64,000 nt of DNA from Isoptericola halotolerans (GTDB taxonomy: Bacteria > Actinomycetota > Actinomycetes > Actinomycetales > Cellulomonadaceae), in assembly GCF_013149785.1 (NCBI RefSeq), contig NZ_JABEZU010000001.1:558001-622000 (forward strand). The letters are read 5' to 3'. Within the stretch, counting starts at the first letter, position 1. Each line of letters starts with the position of its first letter. Position numbers and translations under genes: made by a program. Shown here in pieces: positions 1 to 11,560 of this stretch. The notes under the pieces are model-generated. The model saw only the letters and a list, made by a program, of their open reading frames with translations, did no database searches and was not told where the DNA came from.

Positions 1-1
1 C

Positions 2-748
2 GACGCCCCCAGTGCCAACGAGACGTTCAACCACCGCGTCTTCGTCCTGGAGTGCACCGCCGAGGACCCGCTGACCGGCGAGTGGGTCGACCGCGGCCAG
101 GTCGACACCGGCTGGGAGAGCTTCGCGCTCGACGCGACGAGCTTCGTGCACGAGGGTCAGCAGTACCTGGTGTGGGCGCAGGAGGACCTCGAGGTCTACG
201 GCCACTCGAACCTGTACATCGCCCGCATGGCGAACCCGTGGACGCTCGCCACGCCCGCCGTCGAGCTGACGCGACCCGAGTTCGACTGGGAGACCAAGGG
301 GTTCTGGGTCAACGAGGGGCCGTCGGTGCTGATCCGGGACGGTCAGGTCTTCCTGACCTACTCGGGCGCGGCGACCGGCATCGACTATGCGATGGGCCTG
401 CTCACGGCCGACGCCGGCGCCGACCTGCTGGACCCGACGTCCTGGACCAAGAGCGCCGACCCGGTGTTCGTGTCGGACCCGTCCGTCGGGCAGTACGGCC
501 CGGGCCACAACTCGTTCACCCAGACCGACGACGGCGAGACGGTCCTCGTCTACCACGCGCGCACCTACACCGAGATCGTCGGTGACCCGCTGTGGGACCC
601 GAACCGGCACGCCCGGGCCCAGGTGCTGCCCTTCGACGCGGACGGCGACCCGGTGTGGGGCACGCCGGTGCCGGACGCCCGCCCTGTCCCCGACTCCACC
701 GAGGTGCTCGCCCCCGACGGCGGCAGCATGGCGTTTCTCACACGGTGA
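2..748 (+). CDS. GH43 glycoside hydrolase (alpha-L-arabinofuranosidase-like), 5'-truncated by window edge
   Basis: Frame open from base 2 (DAPSANETFNHRVFVLE...). GH43 motifs FALDAT, VNEGPSVL, YSGAAT, GPGHNSFT, LVYHAR. Confidence 0.9.
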   Translation, partial: DAPSANETFNHRVFVLECTAEDPLTGEWVDRGQVDTGWESFALDATSFVHEGQQYLVWAQEDLEVYGHSNLYIARMANPWTLATPAVELTRPEFDWETKGFWVNEGPSVLIRDGQVFLTYSGAATGIDYAMGLLTADAGADLLDPTSWTKSADPVFVSDPSVGQYGPGHNSFTQTDDGETVLVYHARTYTEIVGDPLWDPNRHARAQVLPFDADGDPVWGTPVPDARPVPDSTEVLAPDGGSMAFLTR

Positions 749-881
749 CGTCGGTGCTGGTCAGAGTGCTGGGCTGAGGTTTGATGGGTGCCTGGGGCAC
801 CTATACATCGTTTACCGTGGCGGGGCACGGGCACCGTGAGGTCGTTGCCGCCCGTGCCCCAGCAGCCCGGAGGGAACGCCG

Positions 882-2240
882 ATGACGGTCCAGCACGAAC
901 CCCACCACCCGCCCTCAGCGCCGACGGGCGCCGTGACGCCGCGCGCCCGCGACTCGCTGCGGAAGCCGGCCTTCTGGAACATCGGCGGGCTGTTCTTCTT
1001 CTACTTCGCCATCTGGCAGCTCGTCTTCACCTTCCTGGGCCCCTGGCTCGAGGACCAGGCGGGCATGACCAGCGGGAACATCGGCCTGCTCAACTCGGTC
1101 ATGGCCCTGACGGCGCTGTGCCTGCAGCCGTTCTACGGGTTCATCCAGGACCGCCTCGGCTTCCGTAAGAATCTCTTCGCGTTCGTCGTGGTGGTCGGTG
1201 CCTTCATGGGACCGTTCTTCGCCTTCGTGTTCGTGCCGATCGTCGAGCTCAACCAGGTCCTCGGCGCGGTGGTCGGCGGCATCTACCTGTCCCTGGTGCT
1301 CAACTCCGGTGTCGGCGTCGTCGAGGCGTTCAACGAGCGCACCTCGCGCGCGAACCGGTTCGAGTACGGGCACGTACGGCTCTTCGGCTCCGTCGCCGGA
1401 GCCACGGCCTCGCTGGTCGGCGGCTTCATCTGGGCCGCGAACCCCGACAACGTGTGGTGGGTCGGCACCTTCTCCGCCGTCGTGCTGGGCGTCCTGCTCT
1501 TCGTCGTCCGGACGCCGAGGCCGGGGGAGAAGGGCAACGCCGCCGCCGGCGACGACGGAGCCTCGGCCGAGGACCGCACCGGCGACGAGGATCGCCCCCG
1601 GGTGACCAAGGAGACCGTCCTGCGGCTGTTCCGCGACCGCTCCTTCGTGGGGTTCATGGTGCTCATGTTCGGCACCGTCGCGCTGTACGACGTGTTCGAC
1701 CAGCAGTACGCCATCTACTTCGGCAACCTGTTCGACGGAGTCGGCGACCCGCAGGTGTTCTTCTCGCGGGTGGTCTTCGTCCAGATCCTGCTCGAGGCGA
1801 TCGTGATGGTGGCGATGCCGTTCGTGATCAACAAGATCGGCGCGAAGCGCGGCCTGCAGCTCTTCGCCGTCGTCCTGGTGGTCCGCGTCGTCGGCTCGGC
1901 GCTGTTCACCTCCACCGAGCTCCTCGTCGTGTGGCGCCTGCTCGCCGCCCTCGAGATGCCGCTCATGCTCGTCTCGGTGTGGAAGTACATCACCCGGATG
2001 TTCGACGTCCGGATCTCGGCGACCGCCTACATGATCGGGTTCAACACGGCCAAGCAGATCGGCATCGTCGTCTTCTCCTGGGTGTTCGGGCTCTCCTACG
2101 ACGCGATCGGGTTCGGCAGCACGTACCTGATCATGGGTGTCGTCGTCGTGGCGGTCACCGCGGTCGCGAGCGTCCTCATGCGGGACGACCGTGGGCGCGT
2201 GGCACCCGGCGCGGGCGACCTCACGCGTGCAGCACCGTGA
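882..2240 (+). CDS. MFS oligosaccharide:H+ symporter (LacY/RafB family)
   Basis: About 12 hydrophobic segments. LacY-type motifs FFFYF, QPFYGFIQDRLG, EAFNER, FEYGHVRLFGS, YDVFDQQ. Confidence 0.9.
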   Translation: MTVQHEPHHPPSAPTGAVTPRARDSLRKPAFWNIGGLFFFYFAIWQLVFTFLGPWLEDQAGMTSGNIGLLNSVMALTALCLQPFYGFIQDRLGFRKNLFAFVVVVGAFMGPFFAFVFVPIVELNQVLGAVVGGIYLSLVLNSGVGVVEAFNERTSRANRFEYGHVRLFGSVAGATASLVGGFIWAANPDNVWWVGTFSAVVLGVLLFVVRTPRPGEKGNAAAGDDGASAEDRTGDEDRPRVTKETVLRLFRDRSFVGFMVLMFGTVALYDVFDQQYAIYFGNLFDGVGDPQVFFSRVVFVQILLEAIVMVAMPFVINKIGAKRGLQLFAVVLVVRVVGSALFTSTELLVVWRLLAALEMPLMLVSVWKYITRMFDVRISATAYMIGFNTAKQIGIVVFSWVFGLSYDAIGFGSTYLIMGVVVVAVTAVASVLMRDDRGRVAPGAGDLTRAAP

Positions 2241-3102
2241 CCGGGCACCCGGCGAAGTCCAGCACCTGACGGCTGGTCGACCCCAGCAGCAGGCGGTCGA
2301 AGCCACCCAGCCCGCGGGCGCCGACCACGAGCCGGTCGGCGCCCACCGAGGCCTCGATGAGAACCTTGGCGGCCTGCCCGTGCACCACGTGGCGACGGAG
2401 CCGGTCCGGCGCCAGGTCCACACCCGCCGCGGTGACCGCAGCGTCCAGGCACTCGCGGGCGAAGTGCTCGTAGTCGCTGATGGGGGGAGCCCAGCCCCAG
2501 GAACCGGGCAGCGGCGCCAGGGTGGTGATCTGCCAGGCGAAGACGGCCTCCAGCACGGCCCCGGTCCGGTCGGCGACCTCGGCCGCGTGCCGCAGCGCCG
2601 TCACCGACGGCGCGGACGTGTCCACCCCCACCACGACCCGCGGCGTGCCCGACGGCGGGGGCGCGGGGGCGTGCGACCCCCCTGCGGCGGGCTCGCCGCG
2701 GTCGTCCGTGCGGCGCACCACGGTCACCGGGACGCGCGCGTGCTCCACGACGGCCGCGGAGACCGATCCGAGGATCCGTCGCCCGATCCGGGCCCGCCGT
2801 CGTCGGCCGAGCACCAGCATCTGGGCCGTCGCGCTCGCCGCGAGCAGCGCCTCCGGCACCGGGCCGGGCAGCACGGCGTACTCGGCGTCGAACCGGTCGT
2901 GCCGCTCTCGTGCCCGGTCCAGGATGGCGGCGGTCTCCGCCCGGACCTCCTCCAGGACGCCCGTCAGATCCGCCTCGTCCACGGCCGGGGCGACCCGGAC
3001 GATCGTCAGTGGGTGCCCGCCCGACGAGGCCTCCGCCACTGCCCAGTCCAGGGCCTCGTCGGCCTCCGTCGTCCCGTTGACGCCCACCACGATGCCTTCC
3101 AT
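2221..3102 (-). CDS. Universal stress protein (tandem Usp domains)
   Basis: IVVGVNG..ALDWA, LGSVSAAVVEHARVPVTVV, second domain VVGARGLGGFDRLLLGSTSRQV. Start ATG 3102 is preceded by TACGCT-N6 (leaderless-like). Confidence 0.9.
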   Translation of the reverse strand: MEGIVVGVNGTTEADEALDWAVAEASSGGHPLTIVRVAPAVDEADLTGVLEEVRAETAAILDRARERHDRFDAEYAVLPGPVPEALLAASATAQMLVLGRRRRARIGRRILGSVSAAVVEHARVPVTVVRRTDDRGEPAAGGSHAPAPPPSGTPRVVVGVDTSAPSVTALRHAAEVADRTGAVLEAVFAWQITTLAPLPGSWGWAPPISDYEHFARECLDAAVTAAGVDLAPDRLRRHVVHGQAAKVLIEASVGADRLVVGARGLGGFDRLLLGSTSRQVLDFAGCPVTVLHA

Positions 3103-3146
3103 GGGGTCAGCGTAGGTCTGCCGGCGCACACCGGCAGGGCGGGCCG

Positions 3147-3776
3147 TCAGCGACGCCGGGGTGTGCCGAGCAGGGAGCGGATCGGGCGGGTGACGACGTC
3201 GACCCGCTCCACCAGGTCGGTCGGCCCGGACACGACCAGCCCTCGACCCTCGAGCGAGACGTGCACCGCCGTGAGGTCCCGGACCCGGACCCGGGTCGCC
3301 GGCCGTGCGGTGCCGTCCACGGTGAGCTCCGCCGTCTCCAGGGGAACGGCATCGACCTCGGTCACGATCGCGCGCATCGCGCTGCGGTAGTCCGCGAAGT
3401 CGTCGGCGAAGTCGGTCGTCCCGTGCGACGTCGACTCCCCGTCCGGCTCGACCGGTGCCGAGATGTCGGCGTGCAGCGGGGCGGCGAGCGCCCCGCTCGC
3501 CGCCGCGCGCACCACGTCCTCCACGGCGTCCGGCGCCACGGACGTGCGCAGCGTCTCCACCTCGAAGGACTCGCGGGCGAAGGTGCGGTACGACCGGACG
3601 AAACGGTCCGACGTCGGGTCGGCCTCGTCGTCGTACCCGGTGAGCGCCTCGTCCTCGAGATCGAGGCCCCAGGTCAGCGGGTCCACGACCTCGCCGACGA
3701 CGCCGGAGAACCGCGCCAGGCGCACGTCCACCGCATCGGACCTGCCCTGCCCTGCCTCGTGCCCGACGTCGTCCAT
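3147..3776 (-). CDS. Hypothetical protein divergent from clpC
   Basis: C-terminal 209 aa of the long minus-strand ORF. ATG 3776 has a GGAGG RBS; acidic, protein-like composition. Confidence 0.7.
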   Translation of the reverse strand: MDDVGHEAGQGRSDAVDVRLARFSGVVGEVVDPLTWGLDLEDEALTGYDDEADPTSDRFVRSYRTFARESFEVETLRTSVAPDAVEDVVRAAASGALAAPLHADISAPVEPDGESTSHGTTDFADDFADYRSAMRAIVTEVDAVPLETAELTVDGTARPATRVRVRDLTAVHVSLEGRGLVVSGPTDLVERVDVVTRPIRSLLGTPRRR

Positions 3777-3859
3777 GGTGGACCTCCCCCGATCGCGCGA
3801 CCCCTGCTGGTCCCACCATCTCCCTGCCCGGGCGCGATCGGCAACGGGGCGCGCCGTCA

Positions 3860-3873
3860 CGCCCCTGGCGAAC
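3860..3873 (-). promoter_or_regulatory. ClgR-type activator site upstream of clpC
   Basis: Minus strand GTTCGC-CAGGG-GCG matches the actinobacterial ClgR consensus GTTCGC-N5-GCG. Candidate -10 TAGAGT at 3912-3917. Confidence 0.7.
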
Positions 3874-3986
3874 ACGGGCATCTGGAGGGGGGTCGGGGTG
3901 TTCGGAGCGAATAGAGTCGTAGCGGTCAGGCTGTCGCCGTCGATCCGACGGGGTGCAGGGAAACGCCGCTCGTGAGGGAGCAGCAC

Positions 3987-6554
<2,568 letters not shown>

Positions 6555-6577
6555 TGCGATGTAGCCCGCCTGCTGCG

Positions 6578-6629
6578 TGACGACGAAGGCCCCGGACCCT
6601 CCTCACAGGGTCCGGGGCCTTCGTCGTCA
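6578..6629. terminator. Intrinsic terminator hairpin after clpC (probably bidirectional)
   Basis: Perfect 23-bp stem TGACGACGAAGGCCCCGGACCCT / AGGGTCCGGGGCCTTCGTCGTCA with 6-nt loop, between convergent genes. Confidence 0.85.
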
Positions 6630-6643
6630 GGCCACGGCCTCCG

Positions 6644-7024
6644 CTACTGCCGCGTGGCCGCTGCGACGGCGGCCCGCAGCCGGCCGGCGAACCCGTGGGC
6701 GTTCCAGCAGCGCACCGACAGGGCGCTGTCGTCGGTGTGCGCGGTGACGATCCCGGTCAGCACGCCCCACCGGTAGGTCACGCGGGTCACCTCGGCCAGC
6801 TCGACCGCGGCGTCCAGCGGGCCGGAGTGCACCGACCGGTTGAGGGCGTTGGGTGCGAACGCCAGCGTGGTGGTCGTCAGCGTGACGCGTCCGCCGACCC
6901 AGAGGCCGCCGTAGCCCCGGCGGATCATCCACAGCACCGGGCCGAGCCGCCACCAGGGGACGCTGGGGGCGGCGTCGCGCACGAGGGCGTTCGCCACCTT
7001 GGTCTCGAGCAGCGTGCCGCTCAC
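6644..7024 (-). CDS. Hypothetical protein (possibly PH/GRAM-like beta fold)
   Basis: GTG 7024 overlaps the HAD stop (GTGA coupling). Sequence GGLWVGGRVTLTTTTLAFAPNALN. Confidence 0.6.
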   Translation of the reverse strand: MSGTLLETKVANALVRDAAPSVPWWRLGPVLWMIRRGYGGLWVGGRVTLTTTTLAFAPNALNRSVHSGPLDAAVELAEVTRVTYRWGVLTGIVTAHTDDSALSVRCWNAHGFAGRLRAAVAAATRQ

Positions 7025-7713
7025 GCGAGACGCCCCGCGGAGGCCCCCAGCCGGGTGAGCACCGCGCCCGCGAGCCCTGCGACGTCGTCGAGGAGCCCGA
7101 CGGCGCCCGCTGCCGCCAGCTCTCCTGGGGCGGCGTAGCCCCACGTCACGCCCAGGCAGTCGATGCCGTGCTCCGCGGCGCCGTGCACGTCGTGCTCCCG
7201 GTCGCCGACCATGAGGACCGGGCCGTCGGCCGGTGTCGCCGGGGACGTGCGCCCGAGCGCGGCGAGGGCCTTCGCGATCACGTCGGCCTTGGTCGAGGTC
7301 GCCTCGTCCAGCGGGGCACCGAACACGCCGTCGAGCAGCTCGGTGAGGCCGAACCGCTCGCAGATCGGCCGGGCGTAGACCTCGGGCTTGGACGTCGCGA
7401 CGGCGAGGGTGCACCCGGCCTCGCGCAGCTCCCGCAGGGCCGCGGGGACGCCGTCGAACACGGCGTTGTCGAACATGCCCCCGGCGGTGAACGCCGCCCG
7501 GTAGGCGGCCAGCGCCTCACCGACCCGTCCCGGCGGCACGCCGTGCGCGGGGAACGAGTCGGTGATCGGCGGGCCGACGAAGGAGCGCAGCGTGGCGGCG
7601 TCGGGCACCTCGAGGTCGAGGGCGCGGTAGGCGTGCGCCGCCGACGCGGTGATGCCTGGCGCCGAGTCCATGAGCGTGCCGTCGAGGTCGAGCAGGACGA
7701 GGGGAGAGTTCAC
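7021..7713 (-). CDS. HAD-superfamily hydrolase (phosphoglycolate phosphatase/nucleotidase-like)
   Basis: DLDGTLMDS, VATSK, MVGDREHDV motifs. Confidence 0.92.
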   Translation of the reverse strand: MNSPLVLLDLDGTLMDSAPGITASAAHAYRALDLEVPDAATLRSFVGPPITDSFPAHGVPPGRVGEALAAYRAAFTAGGMFDNAVFDGVPAALRELREAGCTLAVATSKPEVYARPICERFGLTELLDGVFGAPLDEATSTKADVIAKALAALGRTSPATPADGPVLMVGDREHDVHGAAEHGIDCLGVTWGYAAPGELAAAGAVGLLDDVAGLAGAVLTRLGASAGRLA

Positions 7714-7744
7714 CGCGCCAGGTTACGCGCGCGGGCCGGCAGTC

Positions 7745-8758
7745 TCAGACCGACCGGGCGTGCTCCACGAGCCGGTCGAAGGCCCGGTCTCGCGTCTCGT
7801 CGACCGCCTGCGCCTCCGGGTGCGCGTCGTACCACGCGATCTGCTCGTGAGCACCCTGGTCGTAGGTGATGGTGGTCCTGAACTCCGGTACGAGCGCCTG
7901 CAGCTTGGCGCAGTCGAAGAGCATCGAGTGCGCCTTGTCGCCGAGCAGGCCGTCGCCGTCGTCGGGCAGCACGCGGGCGATCGTCTCCGACGCCACGTGC
8001 ACGATCTCCGGGTCGGGCACGCCCGCTGCCGCACCGAGCCAGGTGTAGACCTGGTCCCAGGTCGGTGCGTGGGTGCCCATGATCTGGAACGTGTCGCCGA
8101 CGGCCAGGGGGTGGCCGAGCAGGCCGACGAACCCGACGGCGAAGTCCTCGGTGTGCGTCAGCGTCCACAGGCTCGTGCCGTCGCCGTGCACGACGACGGG
8201 CCGGCCGGCGCGCATCCGGGCGACGTCGGTCCACTGCCCGGTGGTGGGGATCAGGGTGCGGTCGTAGGTGTGGCTGGGGCGCACGATCGTGGCCGGGAAG
8301 GCGTCCTCGCGGTGGGCGCGGACGAGGAGGTCCTCGCCGGTGATCTTGTCGCGGGAGTACTGCCAGTACGGGTTGCGCAGCGGGGTCGACTCGGTGACCG
8401 GCAGGCGCGAGGGCGGGGTCTGGTAGGCCGACGCGCTCGAGATGAACACGTACTGGCCGGTGCGCCCCGTGAACCTCTCGACGTCGCGGGCCACGTGGTC
8501 GGGGGAGAAGGCGCGGAACTGGGCGACGACGTCGAAGTCGCGACCGGCCAGCGCGGCGTCGACCGCGGCGTCGTCGGCGACGTCCGCGACGAGGGTCTCG
8601 ACCTCGTCGGGCAGGGGGCGGGTGGCCGAACGGCCGCGGTTGAGGACGGTGACGCGGTGGCCGAGGGCCACGGCGCGGGTGACGGATGCGGCGCTGATGA
8701 TGCCGGAGCCGCCGATGAAGAGCAGGTCGAGCGGGTTGCGGGATCGCGGGGTGGTCAT
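7745..8758 (-). CDS. NAD-dependent epimerase/dehydratase family protein
   Basis: FIGGSGIIS Rossmann motif, YVFISSASAY, YSRDK (YxxxK), IVRPSHTY. Start may instead be ATG 8767. Confidence 0.88.
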   Translation of the reverse strand: MTTPRSRNPLDLLFIGGSGIISAASVTRAVALGHRVTVLNRGRSATRPLPDEVETLVADVADDAAVDAALAGRDFDVVAQFRAFSPDHVARDVERFTGRTGQYVFISSASAYQTPPSRLPVTESTPLRNPYWQYSRDKITGEDLLVRAHREDAFPATIVRPSHTYDRTLIPTTGQWTDVARMRAGRPVVVHGDGTSLWTLTHTEDFAVGFVGLLGHPLAVGDTFQIMGTHAPTWDQVYTWLGAAAGVPDPEIVHVASETIARVLPDDGDGLLGDKAHSMLFDCAKLQALVPEFRTTITYDQGAHEQIAWYDAHPEAQAVDETRDRAFDRLVEHARSV

Positions 8759-8908
8759 GGCAGCCATGGTGCCCGACGGCGGGGCCTCCGGCTGCGTGCG
8801 ACGCTGTGGAACCTCAGCCTTCGCGTGCTGATGCGTGAGCCGGCGTTGCGGCAAGAGTGGGCGACGTCGTGGAACCTCGCACGTCACGACCTGAAGAGTG
8901 AGCCTCCG

Positions 8909-9700
8909 CTACGGCGCCGGCGGCACGGCGAGGCCGGCGGGCAGCACCGTGGGCAGGAGCTCGCGCAGGGCCGAGATCCGCGCGTCGCGCGCGGGGCCGG
9001 TCATGCGCTCGACGGGCGCCGTGATCGAGACCGCGGCGAGCGGCCGACCGGCCCGGAGCACGGCGACGGCGGCGCAGGCGATGCCGGGTTCGTTCTCCTC
9101 GGTCTCGGTGGCGACGCCGGTCCGTCGAGCCTCGTCCACCGCCGCCCGGAGCCGGTCGGTGGTGGTCCCGGGTGCGGTGTACGCGGCGAGCGCGGCCTCG
9201 GTCTCGGGTGTGCCGCCGTCGGGCCCGGCAGAGAGCGGCCCGGCAGAGAGCGGCCCGGCGGCGAGCAGCGCACGTCCCAGCGCGGTCGTGGCCGCGGGGC
9301 GCCGTCGTCCGACGGCGGACCAGACGCGCACCGCCCGTCGCGGCTCGACCTTCTCCAGGTAGACGACCTCCTGGCCGGCGAGGACGCCGAGATGGACGAG
9401 CTCGTCGACCTCGGCGCTGAGAGCGTCGAGGGCGGGCCGCAGCAGGGCGGGCAGGTTCTCCTCGGCGAGGAACGCGCTGGCGAGGCCGAGCACGGCCGGG
9501 CCGAGGCGGTAGGTGCCGTCGGCGGACTGCTCGGCGTAGCCCCGGTGGCGCAGGGCCGCCAGCGTGCGGTGCAGCGTGGACTTGTTGGCACCGACCTCCG
9601 TGGAGAGGGCCGCGAGGGAGGTCCCGTCGGCGCCGGCGCGGCCGAGTGCGTCGAGGGTGAGCAGCGCCTTGTCGACGCTGCCGAGAGGGCTGGGTTCCAT
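8909..9700 (-). CDS. IclR family transcriptional regulator (KdgR-like by context)
   Basis: SVDKAL..L..L HTH, KSTLHRTL, TALGRALLA, EENEPGIACAAV. Divergent from eda-kdgK. Confidence 0.92.
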   Translation of the reverse strand: MEPSPLGSVDKALLTLDALGRAGADGTSLAALSTEVGANKSTLHRTLAALRHRGYAEQSADGTYRLGPAVLGLASAFLAEENLPALLRPALDALSAEVDELVHLGVLAGQEVVYLEKVEPRRAVRVWSAVGRRRPAATTALGRALLAAGPLSAGPLSAGPDGGTPETEAALAAYTAPGTTTDRLRAAVDEARRTGVATETEENEPGIACAAVAVLRAGRPLAAVSITAPVERMTGPARDARISALRELLPTVLPAGLAVPPAP

Positions 9701-9719
9701 GGCGGCCGTCCGGTAGAGT

Positions 9720-9757
9720 GTTTCGCAGTGAACAACAGACGTTCACCATAGCGAAAC
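9720..9757. promoter_or_regulatory. Inverted-repeat operator between IclR and eda
   Basis: GTTTCGC-AGTGAAC ... GTTCAC-CATA-GCGAAAC, directly downstream of candidate -10 TAGAGT (9714-9719). Confidence 0.6.
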
Positions 9758-9766
9758 GGAGAGCAG

Positions 9767-10408
9767 ATGTCACCCGCCGACACCCTGGCGTCCCTGAAGA
9801 AGCACCGGCTCGTCCCCGTCGTCGTGGTCGACGGCGCGGACCAGGGCGTCCGTCTCGCCGAGGCGCTCGCGGACGGCGGGCTCCCGGTCGCCGAGATCAC
9901 CCTGCGGACCGCCGGCGGCCTCGAGGCGATCCGCGCCGTCGCCCGCGACCGCCCGGACGTCGTCGTGGGCGCGGGGACCGTCACCCACGCGACCCAGGTC
10001 GACGCCGTCGTCGACGCCGGGGCGCGCTACATCGTCTCGCCCGGCCTGTCGCGCCACGTCGTCGAGCGCGCCCAGCACCACGGGGTCCCCGTGCTGCCCG
10101 GCGTCGCCACCCCGACCGAGATCATGGCCGCGCTCGACCTCGGCGTCGAGACCGTCAAGCTCTTCCCGGCCTCCGTCGTCGGCGGACCGGCAGCGCTCAA
10201 GGCGTTCGCCGCACCCTTCCCCGACCTCCGGTTCGTCCCGACCGGTGGCGTGAGCGCCACCAACCTCGGCGAGTACCTGGCGCTGAAGCCGGTCCTGGCC
10301 GTCGGCGGCTCCTGGATGGTCGCCAAGAGCCTCGTCGACGCCGGCGACTGGGCCGAGATCACCCGACTGACCACCGAGGCCGTCGACCTCGTGAAGGAGA
10401 ACTCATGA
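9767..10408 (+). CDS. eda: KDPG/KHG aldolase
   Basis: EITLRT, VGAGTV, YIVSPG, PGVATPTE, VKLFPA, FVPTGGV, VGGSW. Confidence 0.96.
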   Translation: MSPADTLASLKKHRLVPVVVVDGADQGVRLAEALADGGLPVAEITLRTAGGLEAIRAVARDRPDVVVGAGTVTHATQVDAVVDAGARYIVSPGLSRHVVERAQHHGVPVLPGVATPTEIMAALDLGVETVKLFPASVVGGPAALKAFAAPFPDLRFVPTGGVSATNLGEYLALKPVLAVGGSWMVAKSLVDAGDWAEITRLTTEAVDLVKENS

Positions 10409-11511
10409 GCAACCCGTCCATCACCACCCGCCCCGCCGCCGAGTGCCGCTACGACGCCGTCGCCCTCGGCGAGGTCATGCTGCGCCTCGACCCGGGCGAC
10501 CGACGCATCCGCACCACGCGGAGCTTCGACGTCTGGGAGGGCGGCGGCGAGTACAACGTCGCCCGCGGGCTGCGGCGGTGCTTCGGGCTGCGCGGCGCGA
10601 TCGTCACGGCGCTCGCGGACAACGAGGTCGGACGCCTCGTCGAGGACTGCATGCTCACCGGCGGTCTCGACACGTCCTGGGTGCAGTGGCGCGACTTCGA
10701 CGGCATCGGCCGCGAGGTCCGCAACGGCCTGAACTTCACCGAGCGCGGCTTCGGGGTACGCGGGGCCATCGGGGCCAGCGACCGAGGGCACACCGCGATC
10801 TCGCAGATGCGGCCCGACGACGTCGACTGGGACGCGCTGTTCGGCTCCGGGGTGCGGTGGCTGCACACGGGCGGCATCTTCGCCGCGCTGTCCGAGTCCG
10901 CCGCGGACGTGGCCGAGGCCGCGATGTCCGCCGCGCGACGGCACGGCACGGTGGTGTCCTACGACCTCAACTACCGGCCCTCGCTGTGGAAGGGCATCGG
11001 CGGCGTGGAGCGGGCGCGCGAGGTCAACCGCCGGCTCGCCCACCACGTCGACGTGATGATCGGCAACGAGGAGGACTTCACCGCCTCTCTCGGGTTCGAG
11101 GTCGAGGGGGTCTCCGAGGACCTGACGGACCTGGACACGGGGGCCTTCCGGGCGATGATCGGCACGGCGGCCGAGGCGTACCCGAACTTCCAGGTGATCG
11201 CCACGACGCTGCGCGGCGTCAAGAGCGCGTCGGTGAACGACTGGGGCGCCATCGCGTGGTCGCGCGCCGAGGGCTTCGTCGAGGCGACCCACCGCGCGGA
11301 CCTGGAGATCTTCGACCGCGTCGGCGGCGGCGACTCCTTCGCCTCGGGCCTGGCCTACGGCCTCATGGAGCTCGGCTCGCTGGCCGAGGCGGTCGAGTAC
11401 GGCGCCGCGCACGGCGCGCTGGCGATGACGACCCCGGGCGACACGACGACGGCGACCCTCGCCGAGGTCGCCAAGCTCGCCTCCGGGGGCAGCGCCCGGG
11501 TCCAGCGCTGA
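10405..11511 (+). CDS. kdgK: 2-keto-3-deoxygluconate kinase (PfkB family)
   Basis: LGEVMLRL, GGGEYNVA, SYDLNYRPSLW, DRVGGGDSFASG. ATGA overlap with eda. Confidence 0.9.
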   Translation: MSNPSITTRPAAECRYDAVALGEVMLRLDPGDRRIRTTRSFDVWEGGGEYNVARGLRRCFGLRGAIVTALADNEVGRLVEDCMLTGGLDTSWVQWRDFDGIGREVRNGLNFTERGFGVRGAIGASDRGHTAISQMRPDDVDWDALFGSGVRWLHTGGIFAALSESAADVAEAAMSAARRHGTVVSYDLNYRPSLWKGIGGVERAREVNRRLAHHVDVMIGNEEDFTASLGFEVEGVSEDLTDLDTGAFRAMIGTAAEAYPNFQVIATTLRGVKSASVNDWGAIAWSRAEGFVEATHRADLEIFDRVGGGDSFASGLAYGLMELGSLAEAVEYGAAHGALAMTTPGDTTTATLAEVAKLASGGSARVQR

Positions 11512-11560
11512 CCCACCCCGCCACCCACGACGAGGGGCGCGCGGGCGGCGGCGGGAGCGG

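Noticed and set aside
8795..8883. CRISPR-like direct repeats
   Set aside because: Only two imperfect 18-nt units and no cas genes.
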